The position numbers and the translations under genes are program-made. A stretch of 61,714 bases of DNA from a virus (taxonomy: Duplodnaviria; Caudoviricetes). The stretch is from positions 1-61,714 of IMG/VR virus record IMGVR_UViG_3300032213_001078. One strand, written 5' to 3'. Under the pieces are notes generated by a model. It saw only the letters and a list, made by a program, of their open reading frames with translations. It ran no database searches and had not been told where the DNA came from. Of the stretch, positions 46,601-54,126 are shown one piece after another (position 1 is the first letter of the stretch; each line of letters opens with the position of its first letter).

Positions 46601-46818
46601 CCACTCTTCCTAGGCCCAATTTCATGGCAATAGATGAAGGCTTTGGAGCGCTTGACCAAACTAATCTGAGCTCAATGGTCATGCTATTTGATTATCTTAA
46701 GACACAATTTAAGTTTATCATGATCATATCCCATATTGACTCTATGAGAGACGTGGTAGACCATCATATTGAGATAAACAAAGTGAATGGTAGATCCAAG
46801 ATAGAACAAGCAGCGTAG
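43669..46818 (+). CDS. Mre11/SbcD (gp47) - Rad50/SbcC (gp46) fusion nuclease-ATPase
   Basis: SDIH, GD, GNHD, GDIH; Walker A NASGKS; zinc hook CKFC; SGMEK; IDEGFGALD; ISH. Confidence 0.93.
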   Translation: MIRKIFQVSDIHIRNFKRHDEYRRVFEKLYNYIRENFTQDDLICLTGDIVHAKTDVTPELVEEVQAFLKSLADIGKVLLIPGNHDANLNNGHRMDALTPIVNALNHPNLTYLKKTEVLDIYNNNVTFYHWSVFDSHTEYPKCTKEGEDFKICLYHGPVSGTVTESGFGLFDNDVKVEDFEGFDLVLLGDIHKTQFLNEAKTIGYPGSLVQQNHAESLVHGIYVWDLATKSAEFVEIENDTAFYTIEVDAGMYQPLPQLPKNLYLRIKYRNTDQSEIKRIVAEIKQQHTVLETSLMKIRDFTTSSNDNKKLNVHDVRDVEYQNTLLVDFLKEKYDLDEQSIKDICEINKTINNALPKSEVPRNSIWIPKTFEFSNMFSYGKGNFIDFSNMTGTYGIFAPNASGKSTLLDSIAYCIFDKCSRTTKSAQVMNSTSDSFQCKLVFELNGLEYTIERKGSKQKLGNVKVNVDFYYVDQDGSKVSLNGKERNDTNKSIQNVMGTYEDFVLTALSMQNNNTGFIDMNQKDRKDLLSQFLDINVFEDLYNLANNEMKEVSVLLKEYQKQDYYELLKKAEFDVDTFDIALDEAKDEKLAIEAKRNSTNRLILSKTTELIQIDSDIIDIEELESQRSAIDAGITKVTCSINDNGDLIGFVDKKIEELNKQTIHDKLIKDINLEDYSHKLRSYELDTAALQEKKLELSQANTNLRNSRKKMEKLAELKYDPNCKFCMDNVFVKDAIETKNSIQEEEKAVKELEETVELLEKRIKQLSSAIEIKAAKDKYDKDLQALETQKNKHNAEENKLRKRLNEAETLLGNINTKIDSHNQQEQAIQKNKETNAEIDELNKSLRAIDKELDTVNDQISDITANKKLAENNKAKYEQGIGKLKDLETKFKDYQYYLQAVHRDGLPHKLIANIIPQVEEEINNILAQLVDFQVVLHADDKNINAYIAYDENNFWPLELTSGMEKFVASLAIRTSLINVSTLPRPNFMAIDEGFGALDQTNLSSMVMLFDYLKTQFKFIMIISHIDSMRDVVDHHIEINKVNGRSKIEQAA

Positions 46819-46828
46819 ATATTTATTA
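46819..46828 (+). promoter_or_regulatory. putative late promoter motif
   Basis: ATATTTATTA 2 nt before ATG 46831. Confidence 0.6.
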
Positions 46829-46830
46829 TC

Positions 46831-49281
46831 ATGATCAAAACAGTCATCGCCATATATCCAGGAAGGTTCCAACCATTTGGTAGGCACCACGCTGAATCAT
46901 TCAAATGGCTAGAATCTAAATTTGGCAAAGGAAAAACTTTCATTGCTACCACAGACGTAGTAAACTTGCCAAAAAGTCCTCTTAGCTTCAAAGAAAAGAA
47001 GCAAATCATAGACAAATACGGAGTAGGAAGCAGTCTAGTTCAAGTAAAAAATCCATATCAAGCTCAAGAGATTACTCAAAAGTTTGATCCTGAAACTACA
47101 GCAGTGGTTTTCATGGTTGGAAAGAAAGATATGCAAGAAGATCCTAGATTTAAAATGGGAAACAAGAAAGACGGAAGTCCTTCTTACTTTCAAGTGTACA
47201 AACCAGGCATGAAGATGGAAGGCTACATGAAACACGGCTATTTGATCGTTGCCCCACACACTTCTTACGACATTACTGGCTTTGGTGAAATGAGCGGTAC
47301 TACTATTAGACAAGCCTTATCTTCTAATACAAGCCCAGAAAAATACAAACAGCTTTTTACAGATATATTTGGTTGGTACGATCCTAAAATTGCAGATATG
47401 TTGAAAAAAAAGTTCTCTCAATCTAATAGCGTAAAAGAAACAGTTAGCTTTGAGAAGTCTCTTGTATTAGAATACCTAGTTTACAATTTACTAAACGAAG
47501 GTGGCAAAGTATTCAAGACTGCAAAAGGCGAAGAGGCTACACAAAGAATAAACAGAGCTGACGTTGTACCTACTGTAAAGTATCTAGAAAAAATGACAGG
47601 CTTGAAACTAACAGACAACATGTTAGGAACTACTGGCAAGAAAGATACTAGCGGTGATTTGGACTTGGCAGTTAGCGAAGATGAAATTACAAAAGAAGCA
47701 TTGGTTACTTTATTATTAAAGAAGTTTCCACAAGAAGATATAAAGAAAAGCGGTACAAACGTTCACGTAAAAACTCCAATTAAGGGAAATCCTAAAAACG
47801 GATTCGTTCAAACAGACTTCATGTTTGGCGATAAAGACTTTATGAAATTCAGTATGCAAGGCGGAGCTGAGAATTCTGAATTTAAAGGAGTAGATCGTGC
47901 TTTATTAATGGCTTCTATTGCAAAAGCTCAAGGATTAAAGTGGTCTTACTTAAACGGATTAGTGGATAGAGAAACAAACAAGACTATTACTAAGAATCCA
48001 GACGAGATTGCGCAAAAGCTTTTAGGCAAAGACGCAACTAGAGAAGACTTAGCAAGTGTAGAAGCTATATTGGACGTAATAAAAAAGAGAAAAGACTATA
48101 AAGACTTAATAGCGCAAGCTCAAACAGACTTCGAAAAGAAAGGTTTAACTTTAAACGAAGGTCTATTACTAGAAGCAGACGCAAGAATACAACACCCTGA
48201 AGATTTAACCTATTGGGAAGGTAGCAAAGGCGCTTCAAGAGCTTTGGCAACAATGCTTTCTGTAGCAAAAGATCCAAGCAAGATCTCAGTAAAGTGGGAC
48301 GGAAGTCCAGCCATGATATTTGGAGTAGACGAGAAAGGAAATTTCATTCTTACTGACAAATCTGGGTTTACTGCCAAAGGATACGATGGTAAAGCAAAAT
48401 CTGGAGAAGAATTAAAAGACATGTTTTTAAACAGAGGTAAAAAATCTGGAAAACCAATGTCAAAAGACTACGTTAACTTCGCAAATAACATGGGTGGTAT
48501 GTTCGATGCGTTTAAAAAGGCCTTTCCAAAAGGATTAAAAGGCTATTTTAAAGGAGATCTATTATATCAAGCAACACCACCAGTAAAAGACGGTAACTTT
48601 GTATTCAAACCAAACATAACTACGTACACAGTACCAACCGATAGCGAAATGGGAAAGCAAATTGCTAAGAGTAAAGTGGGTATTGTATTACACAGATACA
48701 TTGCACCAGACGGCAAAGAGTATCCAATCAAGAATATCTCTGACTATAAGTTCACAACTAACTCCGGTCTATTCGTTGTGCCTCCAGTATTCATAAAAAC
48801 TCCTCCAAAAGTTTCTACTAGCTTAGTATCAAAAACAAAGAGTGATATTTCTACTTACGCAAAAGACATAGACGCATTATTGGATAAGTCTAAGTTAAGT
48901 TCTATGAAGCTTTCTAATTTCCCAGACTTATTATATAAGTTCACTAACTCAAAAGTAAGCGATCTAAAGTCTTTGAGCTCTAAAGAATTCATAAAATTCA
49001 TTGAAAAAGAATCTTCTTTGACTGATGCAAAGAGAAACAACATTATACAATACTGTAATGCTAACGCAAAAGCTTTGGATGCAGTATTTTCTATAGCAAA
49101 AGGCATTATAGCAGTAAAAGATGATCTAATAAACCAGTTAGACTCTCAAGATTTAGGAGTTAAAGCTTCTGTAGGAGATATTGCTGGTGGTGAAGGCTAC
49201 GTTGTTGCTGATCCTAAAGGAGATGTTAAATTAGTTAATCGTGCAGGCTTTTCTGCAGCAAACAGAGCAGTTCAAAGATAA
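46831..49281 (+). CDS. three-domain protein: HIGH-type cytidylyltransferase-like + Pol-beta-like nucleotidyltransferase + RNA-ligase-like (DUF6267-like)
   Basis: YPGRFQPFGRHH and MSGT; LGTTGKKDTSGDLDLAV and QTDFM; SVKWDG, FKGDLL, GEGYVV, VKLVNR. Confidence 0.75.
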   Translation: MIKTVIAIYPGRFQPFGRHHAESFKWLESKFGKGKTFIATTDVVNLPKSPLSFKEKKQIIDKYGVGSSLVQVKNPYQAQEITQKFDPETTAVVFMVGKKDMQEDPRFKMGNKKDGSPSYFQVYKPGMKMEGYMKHGYLIVAPHTSYDITGFGEMSGTTIRQALSSNTSPEKYKQLFTDIFGWYDPKIADMLKKKFSQSNSVKETVSFEKSLVLEYLVYNLLNEGGKVFKTAKGEEATQRINRADVVPTVKYLEKMTGLKLTDNMLGTTGKKDTSGDLDLAVSEDEITKEALVTLLLKKFPQEDIKKSGTNVHVKTPIKGNPKNGFVQTDFMFGDKDFMKFSMQGGAENSEFKGVDRALLMASIAKAQGLKWSYLNGLVDRETNKTITKNPDEIAQKLLGKDATREDLASVEAILDVIKKRKDYKDLIAQAQTDFEKKGLTLNEGLLLEADARIQHPEDLTYWEGSKGASRALATMLSVAKDPSKISVKWDGSPAMIFGVDEKGNFILTDKSGFTAKGYDGKAKSGEELKDMFLNRGKKSGKPMSKDYVNFANNMGGMFDAFKKAFPKGLKGYFKGDLLYQATPPVKDGNFVFKPNITTYTVPTDSEMGKQIAKSKVGIVLHRYIAPDGKEYPIKNISDYKFTTNSGLFVVPPVFIKTPPKVSTSLVSKTKSDISTYAKDIDALLDKSKLSSMKLSNFPDLLYKFTNSKVSDLKSLSSKEFIKFIEKESSLTDAKRNNIIQYCNANAKALDAVFSIAKGIIAVKDDLINQLDSQDLGVKASVGDIAGGEGYVVADPKGDVKLVNRAGFSAANRAVQR

Positions 49282-50057
49282 TGACGCCTAAAGAAAAAAT
49301 AGCATTACTAAAAGATTTCGTAGAATACTGCGAAAATGCTTTAGATATAAAGAATCTGCCAAAGGTAAAGTTTGTTTTCGACAGAAGATGGGCTACAAAT
49401 TTGCACAGTTTCGGTAGATACAGAAACGGAGAAAGAGATGTTACTGTATACATGAGAAACAGAAACATGGCAGACGTACTTAGAACGTTAGCACACGAGT
49501 TAGTACACCACAAACAAAACGAATTAGGCAAACTAGATCCTAGTAGTGGTAAAACTGGATCTGATATAGAAAACGAAGCGAACGCAAAAGCTGGAATCTT
49601 AATGAGAGATTTTGGTAAAGAGCGAGAGGAAATATACGAATCCCAGAGTTTAAAACTCATGGATCTTTTAATGGAAGTAAAAAAAAAGTTAACTAAAAAA
49701 AGATTAACTTATAAGAAGCCTAATTTAGAAATTGAGTGGAACGAGGCTAAAAGATATCCTGAATTTAAAGAAATGGGAAAGAAAGAGTGGATAAAACTAG
49801 CTAGAAAAGGCCGCAGAATGAAATATTCTACGATAAAAAAATTTTTGGGTAACGTAGATTTAAAATTTAGTGGTTTAGCAAAAGAAAAAAAAGATAGATT
49901 TCAAAAAGCTTTCGATAAAGGCATCATAGAAATGCCAATAGTAGTTAAATTTTCTAGTAAAAAATACGATTTAATAGGCGGCAACACTAGATTAGCAGGA
50001 TTGGTCAAAAATAAAATAAATCCTACCGTTTGGGTAGTTAACTTAAAACAAAAGTAA
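49281..50057 (+). CDS. zincin-like metalloprotease domain + ParB/Srx-like domain
   Basis: TLAHELVHHKQ...ENEAN; MPIVV....DLIGGNTRL. Confidence 0.65.
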   Translation: MTPKEKIALLKDFVEYCENALDIKNLPKVKFVFDRRWATNLHSFGRYRNGERDVTVYMRNRNMADVLRTLAHELVHHKQNELGKLDPSSGKTGSDIENEANAKAGILMRDFGKEREEIYESQSLKLMDLLMEVKKKLTKKRLTYKKPNLEIEWNEAKRYPEFKEMGKKEWIKLARKGRRMKYSTIKKFLGNVDLKFSGLAKEKKDRFQKAFDKGIIEMPIVVKFSSKKYDLIGGNTRLAGLVKNKINPTVWVVNLKQK

Positions 50058-50058
50058 G

Positions 50059-50631
50059 ATGGAAAAATCGGTTTTGAAGAAAGAGTTTGGCAAGAAAGAT
50101 GTTCAAAGAATGAGGAACATTATTACTGGCAACACAGGAGCTGCTACGCAGACTCTTGCAGGCTGGGAAAAGAAACATATAGATCATAAAGAAGGAGACG
50201 TTTGGGAAGAAGAGGGACGCACATGGACTATAAAGAATGGCATTAAACAGAATCTTACTAAATTAGATGGTATAAAAAAATTGGTGGTGATTCCAATCTC
50301 GTGTCCCAACTGTGGTAAGCACATGAAAATCACCGAAACCAATAAAAAGATGTACTCCATTCACAAAATGTGTTTGGAATGTGTTGTTAACATGGAAGCC
50401 AAGATCAAATTGGAAGGTAAATGGGATCAATACGAAAAGGGCATAGTTAAAGCGAATGCATTGGCGAACCTAGTCGACTTTGAGAAGGCCGTTGATTCGT
50501 GGTACGCAGAAAAAGATACATTTGTCTCGGAATCTGGGGAAATAGAAAGTTGGGGTGGTGGAGACAAGACAAAGATGTACGAAGAGATCAAAACTAGATT
50601 ACAAGAGATGAAAAACACCGATATTTATTAA
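50059..50631 (+). CDS. hypothetical protein with CxxC...CxxC zinc site
   Basis: CPNC and CLEC. Confidence 0.7.
   Translation: MEKSVLKKEFGKKDVQRMRNIITGNTGAATQTLAGWEKKHIDHKEGDVWEEEGRTWTIKNGIKQNLTKLDGIKKLVVIPISCPNCGKHMKITETNKKMYSIHKMCLECVVNMEAKIKLEGKWDQYEKGIVKANALANLVDFEKAVDSWYAEKDTFVSESGEIESWGGGDKTKMYEEIKTRLQEMKNTDIY
50621..50630 (+). promoter_or_regulatory. putative late promoter motif
   Basis: ATATTTATTA upstream of ATG 50646. Confidence 0.6.
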
Positions 50632-50645
50632 TAAAATTTTCTATA

Positions 50646-51278
50646 ATGCCAGCGGTATCTAAAAAACAACAAAAATTCATGGGAATCGTTCATGGATTAC
50701 AAAAAGGAACGGTTAAACCATCAGACGTATCCAAAAAAGCACAAAACGTAGCAAAAGACATGAAACCAAAAGCGGCAACTGACTTTGCATCAACAAAACA
50801 CAAAGGACTTCCTACCAAAGTTAAAAAAGAAAACGTAGAAGGCGCAATAGACACTTTATATATGGTTAGAAAGCCCTATTCTGGCTGTCAATTAACTTCA
50901 TTAGTACAACCTATCGATCCTTTAGTGGGTCTTGGTGGTTCAGAAGTAGTTCCAGATCACGTTCATGCAGTATTTCCAGATAAAGATCAAGCAATGACTA
51001 TCGCTGAAACACTTTACGAAGAGTATTGTGCTAAGATGGAAGCTTTAGAAGAGAAGAAAGGCGCTGTAACAGGCAAGATCTCTTCTGCTATCGACGCTTT
51101 AGAGAAGAAAAGAAAAGAGCACGTTGATATGGCGAAAGCGGATCCTAAGAACGCATCTAAGCACAAAGATAAAATCGCTATGATAGCTACAAAGATCGAT
51201 GATTTGATGAGTAAACTTGAAAAAGTTGAAAGATCAAAGAAAGAAAAAGAAATTGACTCAAAAAAAGATAAAAAATAA
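50646..51278 (+). CDS. DUF3008-like N-terminal domain protein
   Basis: MPAVSKKQQKFMG...DFASTKHKGLP. Confidence 0.7.
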   Translation: MPAVSKKQQKFMGIVHGLQKGTVKPSDVSKKAQNVAKDMKPKAATDFASTKHKGLPTKVKKENVEGAIDTLYMVRKPYSGCQLTSLVQPIDPLVGLGGSEVVPDHVHAVFPDKDQAMTIAETLYEEYCAKMEALEEKKGAVTGKISSAIDALEKKRKEHVDMAKADPKNASKHKDKIAMIATKIDDLMSKLEKVERSKKEKEIDSKKDKK

Positions 51279-51649
51279 TGGAAGAAGTAGCAAAATTCGT
51301 ATCGACTTTATTAAATAGTCGTCAACAATCACAAGTATACCATTGGCAAGCAGTAGGTGAAGGCTCTAACGCAGCTCACTTAACACTTGCAGCTTATTAC
51401 GATGGTATAATCGATTTAGTAGACGCTTTAGTTGAGTCAATTCAAGGAAGAAATGGCATTATAAGAGGATACGATTTAGCTTTTTCAGTTAAAGAAGACA
51501 ATTCTCCTTTAAGATACTTTCAAGCTTTGGTTAAATACGTAGAAACTGTAAGACAAAGACTACCTCAAGACTCTTATATACAAAATCAAGTAGACGAAAT
51601 AGTAGCTTTAATAGAAACAACTAAGTACAAATTAGAAAACTTAAGATAG
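51278..51649 (+). CDS. ferritin/Dps-like four-helix protein (DUF5856-like)
   Basis: YHWQ....AAH..L..YYD....LVD.LVE..QG. Confidence 0.7.
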   Translation: MEEVAKFVSTLLNSRQQSQVYHWQAVGEGSNAAHLTLAAYYDGIIDLVDALVESIQGRNGIIRGYDLAFSVKEDNSPLRYFQALVKYVETVRQRLPQDSYIQNQVDEIVALIETTKYKLENLR

Positions 51650-52035
51650 TGATTAAATTAGGACACTTATTAAACGAAGTGCTTCAAGAAAAATCTTGTT
51701 GGAAAGGCTATATAGCTAGAGGTACTAAGAAAAAAGGCGATAGAATAGTTCCTAACTGTGTACCTTTGGAAGAGCAAGAGGAATTAGAAGAAGCTGAATA
51801 TCAAGGTAGAAAAGTTACTCTTAATAAGCCTTTCTTAACACCTGATGGACCTAAAAAGAGATCGGTATACGTTAAGAACGCAAAAGGAAACGTAGTTAAA
51901 GTAAACTTCGGTCAAAAAGGAGTCGCAATCAAAAAGCATCTTCCTAAACATAGAAAATCTTACAGAGCAAGACACGGCTGTAGTAACCCTGGACCAAAAT
52001 GGAAAGCAAACTATTGGTCTTGTAAAGCATGGTAA
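51649..52035 (+). CDS. basic putative internal head protein (CWKGY motif + DUF6321-like domain)
   Basis: MIKLGHLLNE leader; CWKGY...VPNCVP; KKRSVYVK...VKVNFG...RARHGC...YWSC. Confidence 0.65.
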   Translation: MIKLGHLLNEVLQEKSCWKGYIARGTKKKGDRIVPNCVPLEEQEELEEAEYQGRKVTLNKPFLTPDGPKKRSVYVKNAKGNVVKVNFGQKGVAIKKHLPKHRKSYRARHGCSNPGPKWKANYWSCKAW

Positions 52036-52036
52036 T

Positions 52037-52720
52037 ATGATAAAATTAAAAGACATACTATTAGAAATGGGTTCGATGACAATCAAACCTATTTTAGATT
52101 TATACGATCAGAGTCCAGATAGAGTTTCTAAAGCTTTATTTCCTGGTCAAAAGACTAAGTCTAAAGACGAAGTAGAAAATGAATTAAGAGGTTTAGATTA
52201 CAATGAATTCAGCGAATTTAGAGATGAATTGGGAGTTGAAATAGAAGAAGCAGAAAGAACTAAAGCTGGAAGAAAAGTAAACAAGGCATATCTTACCAAG
52301 AATAAGTCTGCAATGAAAAAAGAGATCGATAGAGTTGCAAAATTAAGCAATGACGATCCTTCAGCATACACTAAATGGGATGCAGATTACGCAGACAAGG
52401 ACAAAAAGAAACCATACACAACTAAAAAATCTGCAGCCACTTCAGCTTATGAAAAAAGATTCGGAAAGAACGAAAGCATTAACGAAGGCGACGCAGACAA
52501 AGCGTTAGCCAACAAAGCAAAAGCAACTGGCATATCAAAATCTGTTTTAAGAGGCGTATACGATAAAGGTTTAGCTGCTTGGAAAACTGGGCACAGACCT
52601 GGAGTTGGACAACATCAGTGGGCAATGGCAAGAGTTAATTCTTTTGTAACTGGAAAAGGTGGAGCTAGAAAAGCAGATAAAGGTTTATGGAAAAAAGCAA
52701 GCAAATCTAAAAAGAAATAA
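52037..52720 (+). CDS. putative internal head protein with DUF5824-like domain
   Basis: MIKLKDILLE leader; VYDKGLAAWKTGHRPG..QHQWAMARVNSF. Confidence 0.7.
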   Translation: MIKLKDILLEMGSMTIKPILDLYDQSPDRVSKALFPGQKTKSKDEVENELRGLDYNEFSEFRDELGVEIEEAERTKAGRKVNKAYLTKNKSAMKKEIDRVAKLSNDDPSAYTKWDADYADKDKKKPYTTKKSAATSAYEKRFGKNESINEGDADKALANKAKATGISKSVLRGVYDKGLAAWKTGHRPGVGQHQWAMARVNSFVTGKGGARKADKGLWKKASKSKKK

Positions 52721-52723
52721 TAA

Positions 52724-53518
52724 ATGAAACTTAAAGACCTTCTTAAAGAAGCCGTAGCAGAAATCTCTTACAAAAAATCAGGATTAAAAAATCCAGATAA
52801 GGCAGACTTAAACAAAGATAAAGAAATCTCTTCTTATGAAAAGAAAAGAGGTGGTGCTATTGAAAAAAGTATGAAAACTGAATTCAAAAGTCAAGCTCCT
52901 AAGAAAGAAGGCATTAGATTTGGTAACGAAGAAAGACCAATGGAAACTATGCCATCATTATCAAGAGGAGAAATGGTAGCTATGAATCCTATAAATAATG
53001 TGTGCAAAGAGTGCGGAGCTCCTATGATGTACGAAGACAAAATGTGTATGGAATGTGGATATATGGAAGAAGCAACTCTTTATGGTAAAGACGATACAAT
53101 GGACGACGGATCTCCTTCAGACGCAGATATTGCTGCAGCAGAAGGTGGAGATGGAATGGGAGAAAACATGGATCACGAAGTTTCAATGGCTCAAAACAGT
53201 TTAAAAGCAATCGTAAGCGCAGCTAGCGAATTGATGAACAAAATGGGAGAAGAAGAAAAAGATATACCAGCTTGGATTCAAGATCATATTACAAACGCGG
53301 CTAATTATATTCAACAAGCAAGTCAAAACTATCACGAATATAGTGAACCTAAACACAAAGATGGCGTTAATTTAGAAGATTTAATGGAAAAGAAAGGAAC
53401 AGATAAGTTTGGTTACACTCAAAATGCTCAAGCAGCTGGACCTTTTAGAGGCGCTCAAATGGCAATGCAACACCCAAGTTTAAATTTGGAAAAAAAGAAA
53501 AAACACGCTAGTAAATAA
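52724..53518 (+). CDS. putative internal head protein
   Basis: MKLKDLLKE leader; two CxxC; DHEVSMA...PAWIQDHIT module. Confidence 0.65.
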   Translation: MKLKDLLKEAVAEISYKKSGLKNPDKADLNKDKEISSYEKKRGGAIEKSMKTEFKSQAPKKEGIRFGNEERPMETMPSLSRGEMVAMNPINNVCKECGAPMMYEDKMCMECGYMEEATLYGKDDTMDDGSPSDADIAAAEGGDGMGENMDHEVSMAQNSLKAIVSAASELMNKMGEEEKDIPAWIQDHITNAANYIQQASQNYHEYSEPKHKDGVNLEDLMEKKGTDKFGYTQNAQAAGPFRGAQMAMQHPSLNLEKKKKHASK

Positions 53519-53526
53519 TTATAAGC

Positions 53527-54126
53527 ATGAATCTAGATAAATTAAAAGGACATATACCAGACAAAGTAATTGAACAAATTCCTGGAGTAATGGAGAAATT
53601 CCAAATCAATACTCCATTGCGTTTAGCTCATTTCTTGGCTCAGTGTGGTCATGAAAGCGGTGGATTTAGATTAACAAAGGAAAATTTAAACTATTCTGCA
53701 AAAGGTTTAAATGGTATTTTTAAGAAATACTTTCCAACATTAGAATCAGCTAAAGCGTATGAAAGAAAACCTGAGAAGATTGCTAATAAAGTGTATGGAA
53801 ATAGAATGGGTAATGGTCCAGAATCATCTGGAGATGGTGCAAAATATTGTGGTCGCGGTTATATACAATTAACCGGTAAAGACAACTACACTGCATTCGG
53901 TAAATCTATTAACGAAGACATAGCTGCTAACCCAACAGTGGTTGCAGACAAATATGCTTTATTATCTGCAGCTTGGTTTTTTAGCAAAAACGGTTTGCAT
54001 AAATTAGCTGATTTGGGTGCTACAGACGATGTGGTAACTAAGATTACAAAGAGAGTAAATGGTGGAACTATCGGATTACCAGACAGAATTAAACACTTTA
54101 AAGAGTATCACGCTCTATTAGCATAA
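53527..54126 (+). CDS. GH19 (chitinase-class) endolysin
   Basis: RLAHFLAQCGHESGG, ENLNYS, GRGYIQLTGKDNY, ITKRVNGG..GL.DR. Confidence 0.92.
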   Translation: MNLDKLKGHIPDKVIEQIPGVMEKFQINTPLRLAHFLAQCGHESGGFRLTKENLNYSAKGLNGIFKKYFPTLESAKAYERKPEKIANKVYGNRMGNGPESSGDGAKYCGRGYIQLTGKDNYTAFGKSINEDIAANPTVVADKYALLSAAWFFSKNGLHKLADLGATDDVVTKITKRVNGGTIGLPDRIKHFKEYHALLA

